The translations under genes were made by a program, and so were the position numbers. A stretch of DNA of 64,000 bases from Hydrolagus affinis (taxonomy: Eukaryota). Shown piece after piece: positions 24,743 to 37,200 of this stretch (position 1 is its first letter; every line of letters begins with the position of its first letter). Where the stretch lies: NCBI GenBank assembly GCA_012026655.1, contig JAAILG010000272.1, positions 1 to 64,000 of the forward strand, read 5' to 3'. The notes below the pieces were generated by a model that worked only from the letters and a program-made list of their open reading frames with translations, had not been told where the DNA came from and did not search any database.

Positions 24743-26129
24743 TATTGAAAAGAAAAGGGAATAACCATTTTCTATTCTGTTAGTACGATACGTCTGAAAA
24801 GCATTGCCAAAGTACTGCCAATTAGTGTTGAATCTGAGGGCAATTTTGTGTTGTTCGGCGATATCTAGTGAGAATTGAATTGCAATTACTAGAGTCCTTA
24901 GACTATTAGCTGCTATTGAACAGGAAACTTTTTTGTATTATCTGTATGGGTTAGATTTGGATCAGTGGCTGAGAGGTGAAGAATAATGGTTCCAATGCAT
25001 TGCATCAGCCAATTCCCTGCACTATCAGTAATAAGTAGACCACAAATCTTCAGATTATTCAAAACAAATTACTGTACTTTAAATGGACAGAATCAAAATT
25101 ATTATGCTGATTCTCTTCCACATACAGAGTTGTACTGATGAACCAAATTAAATTTTCTGTAGGAATTCCGAACGCTTAAAATAGCATCATCCAAATAGTC
25201 AGAGAAAAGAAATGTAGACAATGATAATCTTTCCATTTGACATAGTTCCTTATCACGTCACCAAAACTTCTGGAAGTGCTTCAAAATTGTTATTGTAGAG
25301 CCTAGTGACTGAGTAATTGAAGGTATTTGTCATACCTTATACATTAGCCTTGAACTTTTCTATCAGCAAAACACCAAATAGATGCAACTTTCAACACGTT
25401 CGTGTTTGTTGTTATTTATGGATTGTTATCGTGCTGTTCGTTAAAATTCATTTGGAATAATTGACTGCCATACCTTAACTGGTGCTGAATTCAGTCTTGC
25501 GCGGCAACAGAGTACTCAAACTAATTAAATATTGAACAGATCCGAACATGCGTCTTCAAAAGAATCCCATTAACTATATGTATGATCCAACACAAACATG
25601 AATTTTTCCAAAATGCTGCAACGCTCGCCCAATGAGAAAAATGTACAATTTGATAATGGTGAAACTTTAATTGAAAAGAGGTATAATGGTGGTTCACAGA
25701 GGGTATAATAAGTATGATGATAACATAGTGAATCCTTTTAAAATTAAATTAGTGACACTATGTACGTGATTGTACTAACTTTTTGTCATGCATTATATAA
25801 TATGCCTGGATCTCCTCAGGATAGAGGATGCCAGAGGTGTTTGGAATTGAAAATAGCGTAGTTCAGTTACTGTCGTACATCAATGGATCATTGATGAATT
25901 TCGCCTCAATCAAATATTTTTCATCAATATATAAAATATTCAATGGAATTTCAAAGGACTGCAGGCAGGAAAAATACATTGCCTTTTGTATTCGCCAGGC
26001 TGCAGAAGGAAAACAAGATTATTTCTTTGTGGGGAACAAAAGCAGTTTCTTTCATTGCATGCCATGTAGATATTGTGTTTGTTTTGTTAGCGTAGCCTGG
26101 AAGCTATCAACAAACGTCAACAAGCTAGC

Positions 26130-26266
26130 GACGTACACAAGGGAGAAGGGAATAGAGGGTGTTTTCAGGAGGGGCAGAGGCTCATGTGGAGTGTAAGCAT
26201 CAGCGAGCGCGATTTGACTTGAACAGTCTGTTTTGAGTGTTGTTTGGTCAATGCAATTCTATGTAA
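26130..26266 (+). mobile_element. Decayed CR1 3' end
   Basis: gggagaagggaatagaggg...gaggctcatgtggagtgtaagcatcagc...aattctatgtaa resembles a shark CR1 tail. Confidence 0.55.
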
Positions 26267-26665
26267 CAATCTGCTCGTTTTGTCATCAATCCCCAGTGTG
26301 ACAGCTGTGCATGTTGATAAGGCCACTGGACTTGTCATTTGCATTAAAAAGTTAAAACTAAACTGATAATATTCAGTAGAAACGTCCGTCTTCCGAGGAG
26401 GCAAACTTCCTGCGTAAATCTTGATAATTACATCATTAAAAATATATACATATCTAAAGCTTTCGAGTGAAACTTCAGATTTTGTTTTTTAAAAAAATTC
26501 AATGATCCTAAATACGCTTGATTTTTTGGGTTTGCCCTCAACAGAGGTCAATTAGCTACATACAACATCTCTGCATATGTAAAGAGACAGTATTTTGAAG
26601 AACAATAGCTAATTATAATCTTTGCATTCGATATAGCATCTTTCTAGTCGGGAGCATGTCTCAAA

Positions 26666-26972
26666 GTAGCTCAGTGGTTAAAGCACTCGCCTTGCAAGCG
26701 AGAGATCTGGGTTCAATTCCCAGCCAGGGCGAAACCTTGGGTAAGTTTCCTTACTCCAAGCGCCTGATAATAATCCCTAAAAAAAAATAATAAATTGGTC
26801 ATTTCAATCCACGACTGTTTGTGGGGACGCTGCTGTGCGCAATTGGCTGCCGCGTTTCGCCCACAAAATATACAGTCAATTCACGTTACAGTATTTCCTG
26901 TGAGGCGCTTTGAGACGCTACAAGACGTGAAAAGCATCATAGCAAATGCAAAGAGCATTATTATTATTATTG
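26666..26972 (+). mobile_element. Deu-domain SINE, full length
   Basis: gtagctcagtggttaaagcactcgccttgcaagcgagagatctgggttcaattcc, core and tail. Confidence 0.92.
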
Positions 26973-28572
26973 CTACCGTAAAGTGTTGCGGCTGTATATC
27001 TTGTAGATGAACACAACTGTCAATTTGTGCACAGATATGAAGCAAATGCCCAATTTTAATGGGTAGGGGTCTGTTAAACAGCAGAAACACCTAAACAACC
27101 TTTTTTTTCAACAGTGATCTGTAACATCCACCTCAACAGGCAGGCGGGAGCTCGGCTTCACATCACATCGGCCAATGCCGTTCGCGTCCGTTTCTAGAAA
27201 GCGAAAATGGCAACCAACTTCACCGATTGTAATCTTTACTCGGTTGTGAAATTGTTCCCAATAGGAATTCACCCGGACAATAACCCACAGAGAGGGTCGC
27301 TTTGTAAGCTAAACGTTGCATCAGCCGCACTGACTGGCGTTCGAAACACTTCTCTCAAATCCCACCAGCTGCTTATCGAAGGACTTCCAAAGACATCTTA
27401 ACGTTGTAAGAAGGAGGCCCAGTAACCAGCGGGTAGGTTCCCTCATCAATCTACAATAACGTGGCCAGCCAGCTTTTATCCTCTGAAGGAAAGGATGCAA
27501 TGTCACTTTACAGCTGCTGTTAAGATAGTTTGCAAACATCCTACCCACCTTGGGGCATTTTATCTTCAGCTGTCTCTCTCGCTCTGCAGCAGGTGCGAGG
27601 AGTCAAGTTCGCGGCTTCAATACAGAACCAATTTGGTCGCAAGTATGACTAGAGCGATCTGCGGTTTCAGTTTATTTTTATTTTTTTAAGCAACCCTATA
27701 AAAACCGGCTCATCAAAACAGAGCCAACAGAGTCCATTAATAATACATTGAGCGGTTCGTTTCCAATTATGAAGCCAATTAATTTGCATGATTCCATCGC
27801 GGGTATTTTACTGGGAGGTTCAGCCACCTTGATTTACTATGCATTGAAGGCGGAAAACAGACTTAACTATGCTTCGTTGCACCTCCGAGATGATCCTGTA
27901 TTTAAAGGGCTTCTTTTTTTTCACACACTAAAAGTTACACGTCTCTGGGGGATATTTCTATCAGACTTGATATCTGACGGGGAAAGCCAGTAGATATTGC
28001 CTCGACTTCGAGTCCATCTGCCAGGGGTACAACCGGTCTAATAATTCTTTTGGGGATGAATTCTGCCCACAGAGCTGCATTGTGAATATGATGTTCCAAG
28101 CACAGTGCTCTTAAATCAAGTTACAATGTGCTAGACAGAGCAGTCCTGGAAAACTAAGTGTGCTAGCTCAGAGGGAGGAAAATTGATGCTGTTCATCTCG
28201 CCGCTTCGATTGGACTGCAACGTCAACTCATTACAGTCTATCTATCCCTCATCTGATCGACTCACCAGCCCACCCGCCCACCCACCCTCCAGGCTGCGTA
28301 GGTCATGTGGAGGTGAGAGGTCACGGGGAGAAAGACTGGGGAGAAAATATAATGCCACACTTAACACGTACAATCAAATTAATTCGCTCGACGGAAAGGA
28401 AACAGGGAACACAGTCCAAGGGAACAGAGACAGCAATCACATTTCGGAACTTTTGGTTCTAGTTGTCACCATTATTTCGCTTAATCCCAATTCCTCTCTT
28501 GCCTCGTGTGCGTGCTTAAAACATTGTGGTTGATGATACGAGCCACGAAGATAGAAAAAGAGACAGAGAGAC

Positions 28573-28603
<31 letters not shown>

Positions 28604-28964
28604 GCAAAATGCCTTTTTTTTTAACGCAAAAATCGGCATGGTTTCCTCATGTGGACGTGATTAAAAATAATAATAAAAATAATAATAATGATCCTTGCTT
28701 ACTAGATTAAATGTTGAATTGCCCATCCAAGGCTAAGCCAAGGTTGTCAGAGTGCATCACGCTGAAGAATTTTCCTCGTTCAACATCTCCAGCAGGTCAT
28801 CAATCACTGGGCGGAGGTGCATTAGAGACATCTGCCAGGATTGTGGTTGCCTTTGGCTACAGCCTACCTATTGTTATTGCTATGCAATGGTTCATTAAAG
28901 ACTTCCTTTAAAGTTTGCAAATTGGTAAGAAAAAATGGGTGGAACACGCATCTATCTGTGTGAG

Positions 28965-29225
28965 CAAAGGCTTTCACGGCCTTGCCCTCTCCTACCTCTC
29001 TGACCTGCTGAAGCTCAACGGTTAGAGCACTCGCTTACATGCGAGAAACCTGTCCTCTCCCTCCATTCAGCAGGCTCCGGCCTGCTCCATGTCTCCTGCC
29101 CGACCAGACCCGCCTCCTACAATCCCTTCGCCTTGCTCCCTCCTCAAGACTCAAGACTCTCCTCTTCGACCGTGCCTTCACCCCACCTACTGCCGCCCTA
29201 CCTCTCATCCCAGCCCTGATTGAAA
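28965..29225 (+). mobile_element. L2 3' fragment carrying an inserted SINE-head piece
   Basis: caaaggctttcacggccttgccctctcctacctctctgacctgct ... ctcaagactctcctcttcgaccgtgcctt, with the SINE head at 29012-29052. Confidence 0.75.
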
Positions 29226-29232
29226 ATCCCTG

Positions 29233-29382
29233 GGATTGAAATGGCCAATATTTTTTTTTAAGGGATTATTATTGGCCGTGTGGAGTAAAGAAACTTGCCC
29301 AAGGTTTCACCCTGCCTGGACTTGAACCCAGGTCTCTCGCATGTAAGGCGAGTGCTCTAACCGTTGAGCTACAGGGCTCCAC
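29233..29382 (-). mobile_element. Deu-domain SINE, 5' half
   Basis: Reverse complement of the tRNA head and linker. Confidence 0.88.
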
Positions 29383-29487
29383 TTTTCCCCCATATCCTGC
29401 AACACAAAAGGTAATGAGGGGTGGTGTGGGCGGAGGAGGAGGGGGGTAGAATCGGTGATAAAAAAAAACACTGCAAGAGCTAGGGGT

Positions 29488-29690
29488 AGCCTTGCCCTTT
29501 TTAACTTGGAGACTGGGTTCAAATCCAGGTCAACCAAATTGGATGAAACTCTTCTCTGCGCTCGCTGTTAGCTAAGGACTCAATGGACAATGAGTTGGAC
29601 AATCTCAACCCAGTCATGGCAAATGGGGGCCCTCCAGACACTATCTATGCCACTTAGCAATCTCACCCAGAGAGTTTATGAGATGGTTGC
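29488..29690 (+). mobile_element. Ancient LF-SINE-like relic
   Basis: Ordered motifs ctgggttcaaatccag, aatgagttgg, tctcaacccagt and gcaatctcacccagagag parallel the recalled LF-SINE consensus (CTGGGTTCGAATCCAG...AATGAGTTGG..TCTCAGTCCAGT...GCAGTCTCAGCAGAGAG). Confidence 0.5.
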
Positions 29691-30013
29691 TGCTGCCTCT
29701 GCTGTGAATTAAAATGTTCGACCAGTCCATTGAAGCGACATATTCCTGATGGGAGGGAGCCTCGATGACTTGACCAGGTGCTCACATACACATATTATTA
29801 TTATTATTATTATACAGCAAGCTCTTTGCGCAATTGGCTGCCGCGTTTCGCCCACACAATACGCGGTCAATTGGCTTCACGGTATGTTGTGTGAAGCGCT
29901 TTGAAATGACTCGAAATGTCTCTTGATGTATCAAATGCAAAGAATATTATAATATTATAATCCAAACCTGATTCACAATATCTTATCTTTTTCCCATTTA
30001 GCCCCAAATAACT

Positions 30014-30029
30014 TTGTGTGTGTGTGTGC

Positions 30030-30062
<33 letters not shown>

Positions 30063-30085
30063 TGCTTGCGTGTGCTTGTGTGTCT
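30014..30085. repeat. (TG)n microsatellite
   Basis: Imperfect TG dinucleotide run. Confidence 0.95.
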
Positions 30086-30089
30086 GTTA

Positions 30090-30306
30090 ACCACGTTGCC
30101 CCCAACCTCTGGAACTCCATCCCGCAGTCCCTCCTGGCCTCCTTCAAGTCCCGCCTCAAAACTCTCCTCTTCGATGGACCCATCGGCAACCCCTCTCCCA
30201 CTCCACCCCCACCCGTCCCCAGCTCGGGTCTGACACAGTGACTGTCCAGCACCTTGGGAAGTCCTCCTAACATGAAAGGCGCTATACAAGTGTAATTTTG
30301 TTGTTG
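30090..30306 (+). mobile_element. L2 LINE 3' fragment
   Basis: gcccccaacctctggaactccatcccgcagtccctc...ctcaaaactctcctcttcga...tgaaaggcgctatacaagtgtaattttgttgttg. Confidence 0.9.
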
Positions 30307-31369
30307 TGTGTGTATGTGTGTGTGAAAGCAACATATAGGATTCCCATCACCTTGAGATGAAAAATCAGAAAAAATGTTATTGCCTCCCATCAACTAAGAC
30401 CATGCAGAGTTCAGTATCTGTGCCATTAACATGGATTGTTGAATTTTACATCCTGCAATGCATTAGCCTGATCGCTAACACGTTTCAAGGGAGGGAGAGG
30501 GGGAGGGGGTGTGGGGAGGGGTGGGGGGAGGTTATGGGGGAAGTGAGAGGTGGGGCAAACTAGGAGCCTTATTTAATACATGGCCCATGGGCTTCTTCGC
30601 AAATGCACATTGTAAATTACAGCTGAAAAGTGTGCCAGGCCTCAGGCACCCGAGATAGTCAAATTATCCTGAGCGGAACTGGCTTTGTTGCGGACTGTGT
30701 GTGTGTGTGAGTGTGTGTATTCCGATAAGAGCGGTGACTCGCACAGATGTCACCGTCGTAGGTGTAGCGAGAGGGCATTGAGAATCCGCAATGATGCTTC
30801 CCTGGCCTCGCCACCGTGTCGCCAGGTTTGTGTTTACGTGCCATTTACTGCGCGTGTGAGTGGTCACCAAAGGGTTAGCACGTAACACTACACGTCAATC
30901 ACACTTTCTAATCCGAACCGCACGCCCTGCACAGATATCCATCTGAATAAAGCCTGCACTTCTGAAAAATGGCAGGCACAGGGAAACCTGCCTAACGAGC
31001 ATTAAAATCCTATTATACAAACGGAACGAAAAGGTCAATATCATCAGCGGTGACTGTACGATAGACCCCACATATTTTAGGCAGTCAGTGTGGATGAGTG
31101 AGCTCCCAGGATGGGCTCCAACCCCTGTCATTCATTCAACTGTGGATCAGTGATCTTTAGGATAGGAGATTTGTGTCCACGTTTTTATTAAGCTGTTGCC
31201 AATTCAATACAGTCCATATTGGTAATCATTTGCGTGCTTTCAAAAACAACAGCAACTTGCATTTATATATATATATATATATATACGGTATATATATATA
31301 GTGGCATCATGGAGAGCTTAAGTGGCAGAGCCCATTGCCGAGACAGGGGTAATCCGTACAAAGAAAAAC

Positions 31370-31580
31370 CACAATACTGTAATAAAATTGGTCGTTTCAA
31401 TCCACGACTGTTTGTGTGGACGCTGCTGTGCGCAATTGGCTGCCGCGTTTTACCCACAAATATACAGTCAATTCATTTTCCAGTATATTCTGTGAAGCGC
31501 TTTGTAGATGTCAATAAGATGTGAAAAGCGCTATATCAAATGCAAGGATTATTATTATTACTATTATTATTATTATTGTA
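31370..31580 (+). mobile_element. Deu-domain SINE, 3' half
   Basis: Core, tail and long (ATT)n. Confidence 0.88.
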
Positions 31581-31896
31581 GCGTGTAGGTGATCGTAGGT
31601 ACTGTGAAGAGGAAGGTCTTTGAGCGTGAGCTGAAAACGGGGAGAGAGGCGAAGGGATTGAGGGAGAGTGTTTCACAGCTTCGGAGTGAAAAATACGGTG
31701 GCTGAAAGCAAATGATAAATCAAAATGGACAATAAACCATGCAAACAAAGTCATATTTCTACATCACAGAGGCTGATTGGCACCCACCCGGATGGTTTAT
31801 TCTGGTTCTGTATTTAGGGGAAACATACATAGAAACAGATTGTGTACTAGAGATACACGCCACGCCACCCGCAGCTCAAATTAATCAAATTAAAAT

Positions 31897-32175
31897 CAGC
31901 CCAGGCTGACACTCCGGTGCGGTGTTGGGGAGAGCATTGTATTGTATGAGTTGCCGTCCTTCAGGCGAGACATTAAACTCCACAGTTTGTCTCCTGTGCA
32001 ATTGAAGTCCCCAGGATAAAATTGCTCACTCACTTTTACGACTGTTTGTGGGACATTGCTGTACACAGATTGGCTGCTGCTTTTGCCCACAAAAAACAGT
32101 CAGCGCGCTTTACAATAACATCCTGTGTAGTGTTTTGAGACCTCTCGATGACGTGATCAGACTCTATTCAATGCC
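31897..32175 (+). mobile_element. Old DeuSINE (SacSINE1/AmnSINE1-like)
   Basis: caggctgacactccggtgcggtgttggggagagcattgtattgtatgagttgccgtccttcaggcgagacattaaac ... ctgtttgtgggacattgctgtacacagattggctgc matches the long Deu domain. Confidence 0.7.
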
Positions 32176-33590
32176 CGCAGTAAGCAAAATATTACTCTAT
32201 GCTGTACCACCTGCAAAATCGGAGACAACCCATCGAGGGGATGGAACGGACATAAAAAAAAGATATGGAGGTTTCTCCTTCCAGCTATCATACAGCTGGC
32301 ATACACAGACATACATGATATTTTTCAGACTCTTAATGTGGATTTTTTAATATCGATAAGTAGTATTTGCCACCCACCACACAAAAAAAAGAATATAAAA
32401 AATCGTTCTATTTGATATAGCGCCTTACCATGTCTCAGAGACGTCTCAACGCACTTCACAGAATATAATGCAAAACGAGTGAATTGACGGTATATTTTGT
32501 GGGCTTCCATCTGGAATTCAGATGGAGGAAATCCCATTTGAAATCACCGCACGTTAGACTTCCTCTCTCTCATCCCCATTGAATTAATCGTTTTGGATTC
32601 TGAATTTTCAATGGGTCACTTCAATCCACGACTGTTTGTGGTGGACGCTGCCGTGCGCCATTCGCCAACAAATATACGGTCGATTCCCTTTTTTGCAGTA
32701 TATTCTGTGAAGCGCTTTGAGACGTCCGGAAGGCGCGGAAAGCGCACCGTCACATGCAGGGCTTGTCATCACCGGGAACCTGTAGAACGAGATGAAATGT
32801 TTTGCTCGGTTTTCAGTACGAAACGCGGAAAACACCCCCGAGCGGCAAAAATACCAGGTCGGGTTTAAGAATGAACTCACTCTGATCTTTCGCGCTCGCC
32901 ATTCTCAAGCCACTTATCACGTGGCTACAGCTCGACACCCTCAGAATGACACTTGACAGAACTCTATGGTTGTCTGTAGGTAATGTATTACAGCCCCCTG
33001 TGATCTACTGAGAGGTTTATAACCCGTCCCCTTGTTTCCAGGCAAAGTGATTGTTTTCTCATAATTTTAAAAATCCTGTGGTCTTTTTCATCTTAAGGTA
33101 AGTGCTTTAGGATGTTAGATATAAACATGTGTTGCTGCTGGTGTATACGGGGTGGGGTGGTGGGGTTGTGGGGGGGAATTAAATGTTTTTAAATCACTGG
33201 TTTTATTCCAATCTCTGTACTGTGTAGCTTCATAAGCAGCAAGCCCTTTGCTTTGCCTGCAGTTAGCTGTGAGGTACTGCTTTAACACTGCATGAATTAT
33301 ACTCCGCAGACTCAACCAATAGAGGTGACCATACATCATCAAATTTTAATGTATCAATTTACCTCCTTTAATGACACTTCAGCACAGTTCCCTTAAGAGC
33401 GAGGCAGTCACAGCATTGAACTTTCTCCTAATTATGCCAGTTTAGCAGCAAGCAGCAGGTGGAAGAAGACACAGCTAAACATGGACAGAAGGATATAGCT
33501 GCACGCTGGATACAGACCCTCAGTAAAAGAAACAGCATCGATTGTCTATGTACTTCTCTAGACAGAGTCAGAAGCCGGCAAGGAAAGTCC

Positions 33591-33720
33591 ATGGAGCACA
33601 ATCATATTTTCACCGCTAACAGCAGTCTCCTACTCTCCCACGATGGAAGATTGTATGGATGTGGTTTAAGATTCATGCCTGTTATATACTACAGCTTTCT
33701 TCTTTGCCTGGGATTGCCAG
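33591..33720 (+). CDS. GPR139: GPR139 coding exon 1 (N-terminus and start of TM1)
   Basis: ATG at 33591 in context gtccATGG. It encodes MEHNHIFTANSSLLLSHDGRLYGCGLRFMPVIYYSFLLCLGLP+G, matching the recalled human GPR139 N-terminus MEHTHAHLAANSSLS...[20 protein letters not shown]. It ends at a strong donor CCAG|GTGAGT (130 nt, phase 1). Confidence 0.95.
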
Positions 33721-34190
33721 GTGAGTTTCTTATTCTTATTTTATTATTATTATTATTATTATTACCCGGTGAGTTAGGTAATTTTTTATTCCCCCACCAC
33801 CACAACAACCCAAAAAAATATTCTGTGAAAATCTTTCAAAATGCTCGTGTGAAACAACCCTAAATCTCCCTTGAATTCTGCGAGCTGTTTTACATTTATT
33901 TCCGTTCTCTCCGTAACGCACCGTACATCGAAAGAGTGAAATGGTAAAAGATTTCGGAATTCCACTGCCTTACACCACGGCACTTGTGATTTGTTTATCT
34001 AACAGTCTGAAGTAGCACATTCTATTGTGTGATGTGCACAATATCAGAGACTAGGGTGTGGGGGGGCGGGGGGGGGGGTGGTGGATGGGTGGGGGGGGAC
34101 GGGGGCGGGGGTGAAGAATGGAAAAAATTCTCTCAAGTACTATCAGTTTGTCTTCTTAACCAGTATTTGAAAATGGTTCATATTTATATA

Positions 34191-34237
34191 TTGATTGATT
34201 TGATTGATTGATTGGATTGATTGGATTGATTGATTGG

Positions 34238-34277
<40 letters not shown>

Positions 34278-34289
34278 CTGATTGATTGA
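34191..34289. repeat. (GATT)n microsatellite
   Basis: About 100 bp of imperfect GATT repeats, ~470 bp into the intron. Confidence 0.95.
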
Positions 34290-37200
34290 CGGGAACACGA
34301 GGGATGGAAAGAAAGATTCTACAGCACTGGGGTGTTTTATCATGAAAGCTTTCACTGTTCTTTTATGTCGTCTCGTCAGCTAGAGACGTGAAAAGCTACA
34401 AAATGCATGTCGCTGGTAGGTGGCATGACAATTACGCTCTAATTGATGTCTGATGATCTGTGTGGGCAGACAAGAGGATTTAAACTTTGGATTATTGACA
34501 TCACTACAGCACTACTTAATTTCTAACACGCTGGATCTAAATTAATTTTCGAGCAGCCTAGTGTGGGAAGAACAATGCTGAAATGCAGCTATATTTAATA
34601 TTGATGTTTCATACGCTCGCACGTATAAAAATGATAGTCTTTAATAAAGCACAATTAGATACAGCCCCATGATGGATCTTTCTTATTGGTACCGCACGCT
34701 GATATGGATTTTTATGGGTGAATAATTCGTGGCAAAAGTAATCTGTGGTTCAGGTGAATTTGGACCATACGATAGGATGATTTTCTGCATCCACTGTCAA
34801 CCTAAGCATGGAACAATCACACACACACAAACACACACCCTTGACCAGTGCAGCTCAGCAGTCACATAAATGGATTCCTTTAACCTTTTTGTTCTTGAAA
34901 ATCCAAAGCTAAGAATGTTTGAATCGGTGCAATATTGATGCCATACTGGATGTCACTTGTCCTGATCAAAATATTGAATTGCACGAGTGCACATCAGATC
35001 TCTGTGATGAGAAGTTGGGGGGAGAAAATATGTCTTTATTTATCAAAACACTGGACATTCTTGTAAAAAAAAATCCATATTAAACACACTGACAAAAGAG
35101 ACAAAGTGAAATGAAATCAATGTGCTCATTTTCTGTTTTTATTTACGTGGGCGATGGATAGCATTTTCTCCAGCATAAATCATTGCAGGATTTTCCTTCT
35201 CACTGTGCAATTGTGTCTCGGGACTTATATTTCATTGGAAAATTTACTTCTGCGCTGGTGGAAAAATTTGAATTGAACTACATACAGACACTTACTTAAA
35301 GTAATACATTGTCTCATTCGGACAGATAACAAGAATTTTTTTTTTACACATCTGTTTTTAAATGTATGAATTTCAAGGCAGAAAATTTGCACTCCCATCT
35401 ACATCTCAATCAAACAATTGGTGAGGATTTTAATACATCTTAAAGTAAAGGGTTCACCTTAAGATGTATTGACTCAACCTATCAAATATTTTGATTTCTC
35501 TAATTCTAATGATTACACACAAGGTTTTAAAAATAATTATAATAATGACTTGGGTGTTACCGGAATATAAATGCATGTAATAAGCCACAATTTCCAAGAA
35601 GCAACAGTTTCTATCAAATAACCAATTAAGCAAAATCCTGTAACAAAAAAATCTAAACACTTTTGTGGACAAGTTAATTAAGAAAACAATGGAAATAATT
35701 GCTTCAATTAAAATGATTTAAAAAGCTAAAACAATAAAGCTACAAAATCTTAAATTTTGATGGATTCTTAATTGGTCCAAAGATCACCTCTTTTTGGGGG
35801 GCCAAATTGGAGATGAAGTTACTGTTTATTCTGATATCTCTATTTATTTTCAGTAACTAAATGAAGTGAAAGATCTAGACATTCAAGTGATGCACAGTGT
35901 TTAAACTATGGTTTGAAATTAATTGAGTTTCAAACCACAACCAGGGCCAAAAAAGACACACAGTCAGTGTGTGTTTTTTAAAAAAAATTCATCACACATT
36001 TATATTTTCGTAAAAAAAATAATTTGAGATGCTGAGAACAGTAGTCCACGTTGCTCTGATAGATACATATTTAACACATATGTAACTGCCTTGTGCAGCA
36101 AACATAACCACTGCAGCTATAGTAAATTGATCAAAGGTTGCATTAGAAATGCTAAAAATTATCCTCCACTTGACTGAATGAAACTCTTCGATCTTTCCAT
36201 TCCAAATCAACTGCAAAGTTGTAGGTGTCACTGGAAGACTCCAGTGGCAATCACTGTGCCAGCGAAGTTATGCCAATAGTGAATGAGAGGGGCTATACCT
36301 CACTCTAGTGCTGCGCTGATCAGATCTGACTCTGCTCCTCTCCCATTCTTCTAAAATCCCAGTTGCATCATGGTTCGCCAGCAAGAGAGCGAAAACAAAA
36401 GAGGATTGAGAAGTTTTGCCTTCTTCTACCCTAGTAAACCGGGATGATAATCTGTCAGGTTTCAAGATACAAGACTTACCAATGTGTCATGTTGAGAGAG
36501 AGAGAGAGGGCGGGGGGGTGGGGGGGGGGGGGGGAAGTGGAGGGGGAGGGTGGTGGGGGGAAGAATTGGCATAGGTTTGGGGGTAAAAATTCCTTCTGTG
36601 TCTAGATTTACTCTGTTAATGTAACATGGCGGGGCATCCAGAATTTGCCAGTCTTCAATCTGATCCCTGTCTTGCTGCAAGATTTTAGGAACTACAGAAA
36701 ACAGACTTCATTCACTTGTTAAAGCTGGATTCAACAATTTGCCAAATTCTGCACATTCTGGAACGCTTCGTTGATAGAGTAAAATCTAGACCCAGATGGA
36801 ATTTATTCCCCATCGTCTACAAAAGAAGGAGCCAGGTTTTTTTTGTTGTTGTTGGTGGGATGGTCGGCACGGTTAAATGTGGCAAGGTTTCCTGCGGGTT
36901 TCAGGTAATATTTTACACATTACTTTCTTCCGGAGTGACTGTTTGTGTGGTCAGTGGATTGGGGGAGGTTTTCTGTGGCTGTGGATGGAGCACGGTCGAG
37001 GCTCCAAATAGTCTTTTCTCATTCCGTGCTTCCTTCGTGTTTTATTTATGTTCTTATCCACCACATCCAAGTCACAATCAACGCTTAAACTAGAACAAGG
37101 AGTTAATTTCCTTCCGTGTCCTGCTAGCTGTGTACCTTGCTGAGCATTGTGTCTGATTCCTTGCCCCCACATCCTCCGCCTCCTTCAATCCTTGATATAG

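Noticed and set aside
33459-33863. 134-aa ORF as a stand-alone gene
   Set aside because: Only 33591-33720 is GPR139 exon 1. The upstream part starts at GTG and the downstream part is intron read-through over (TTA)n.
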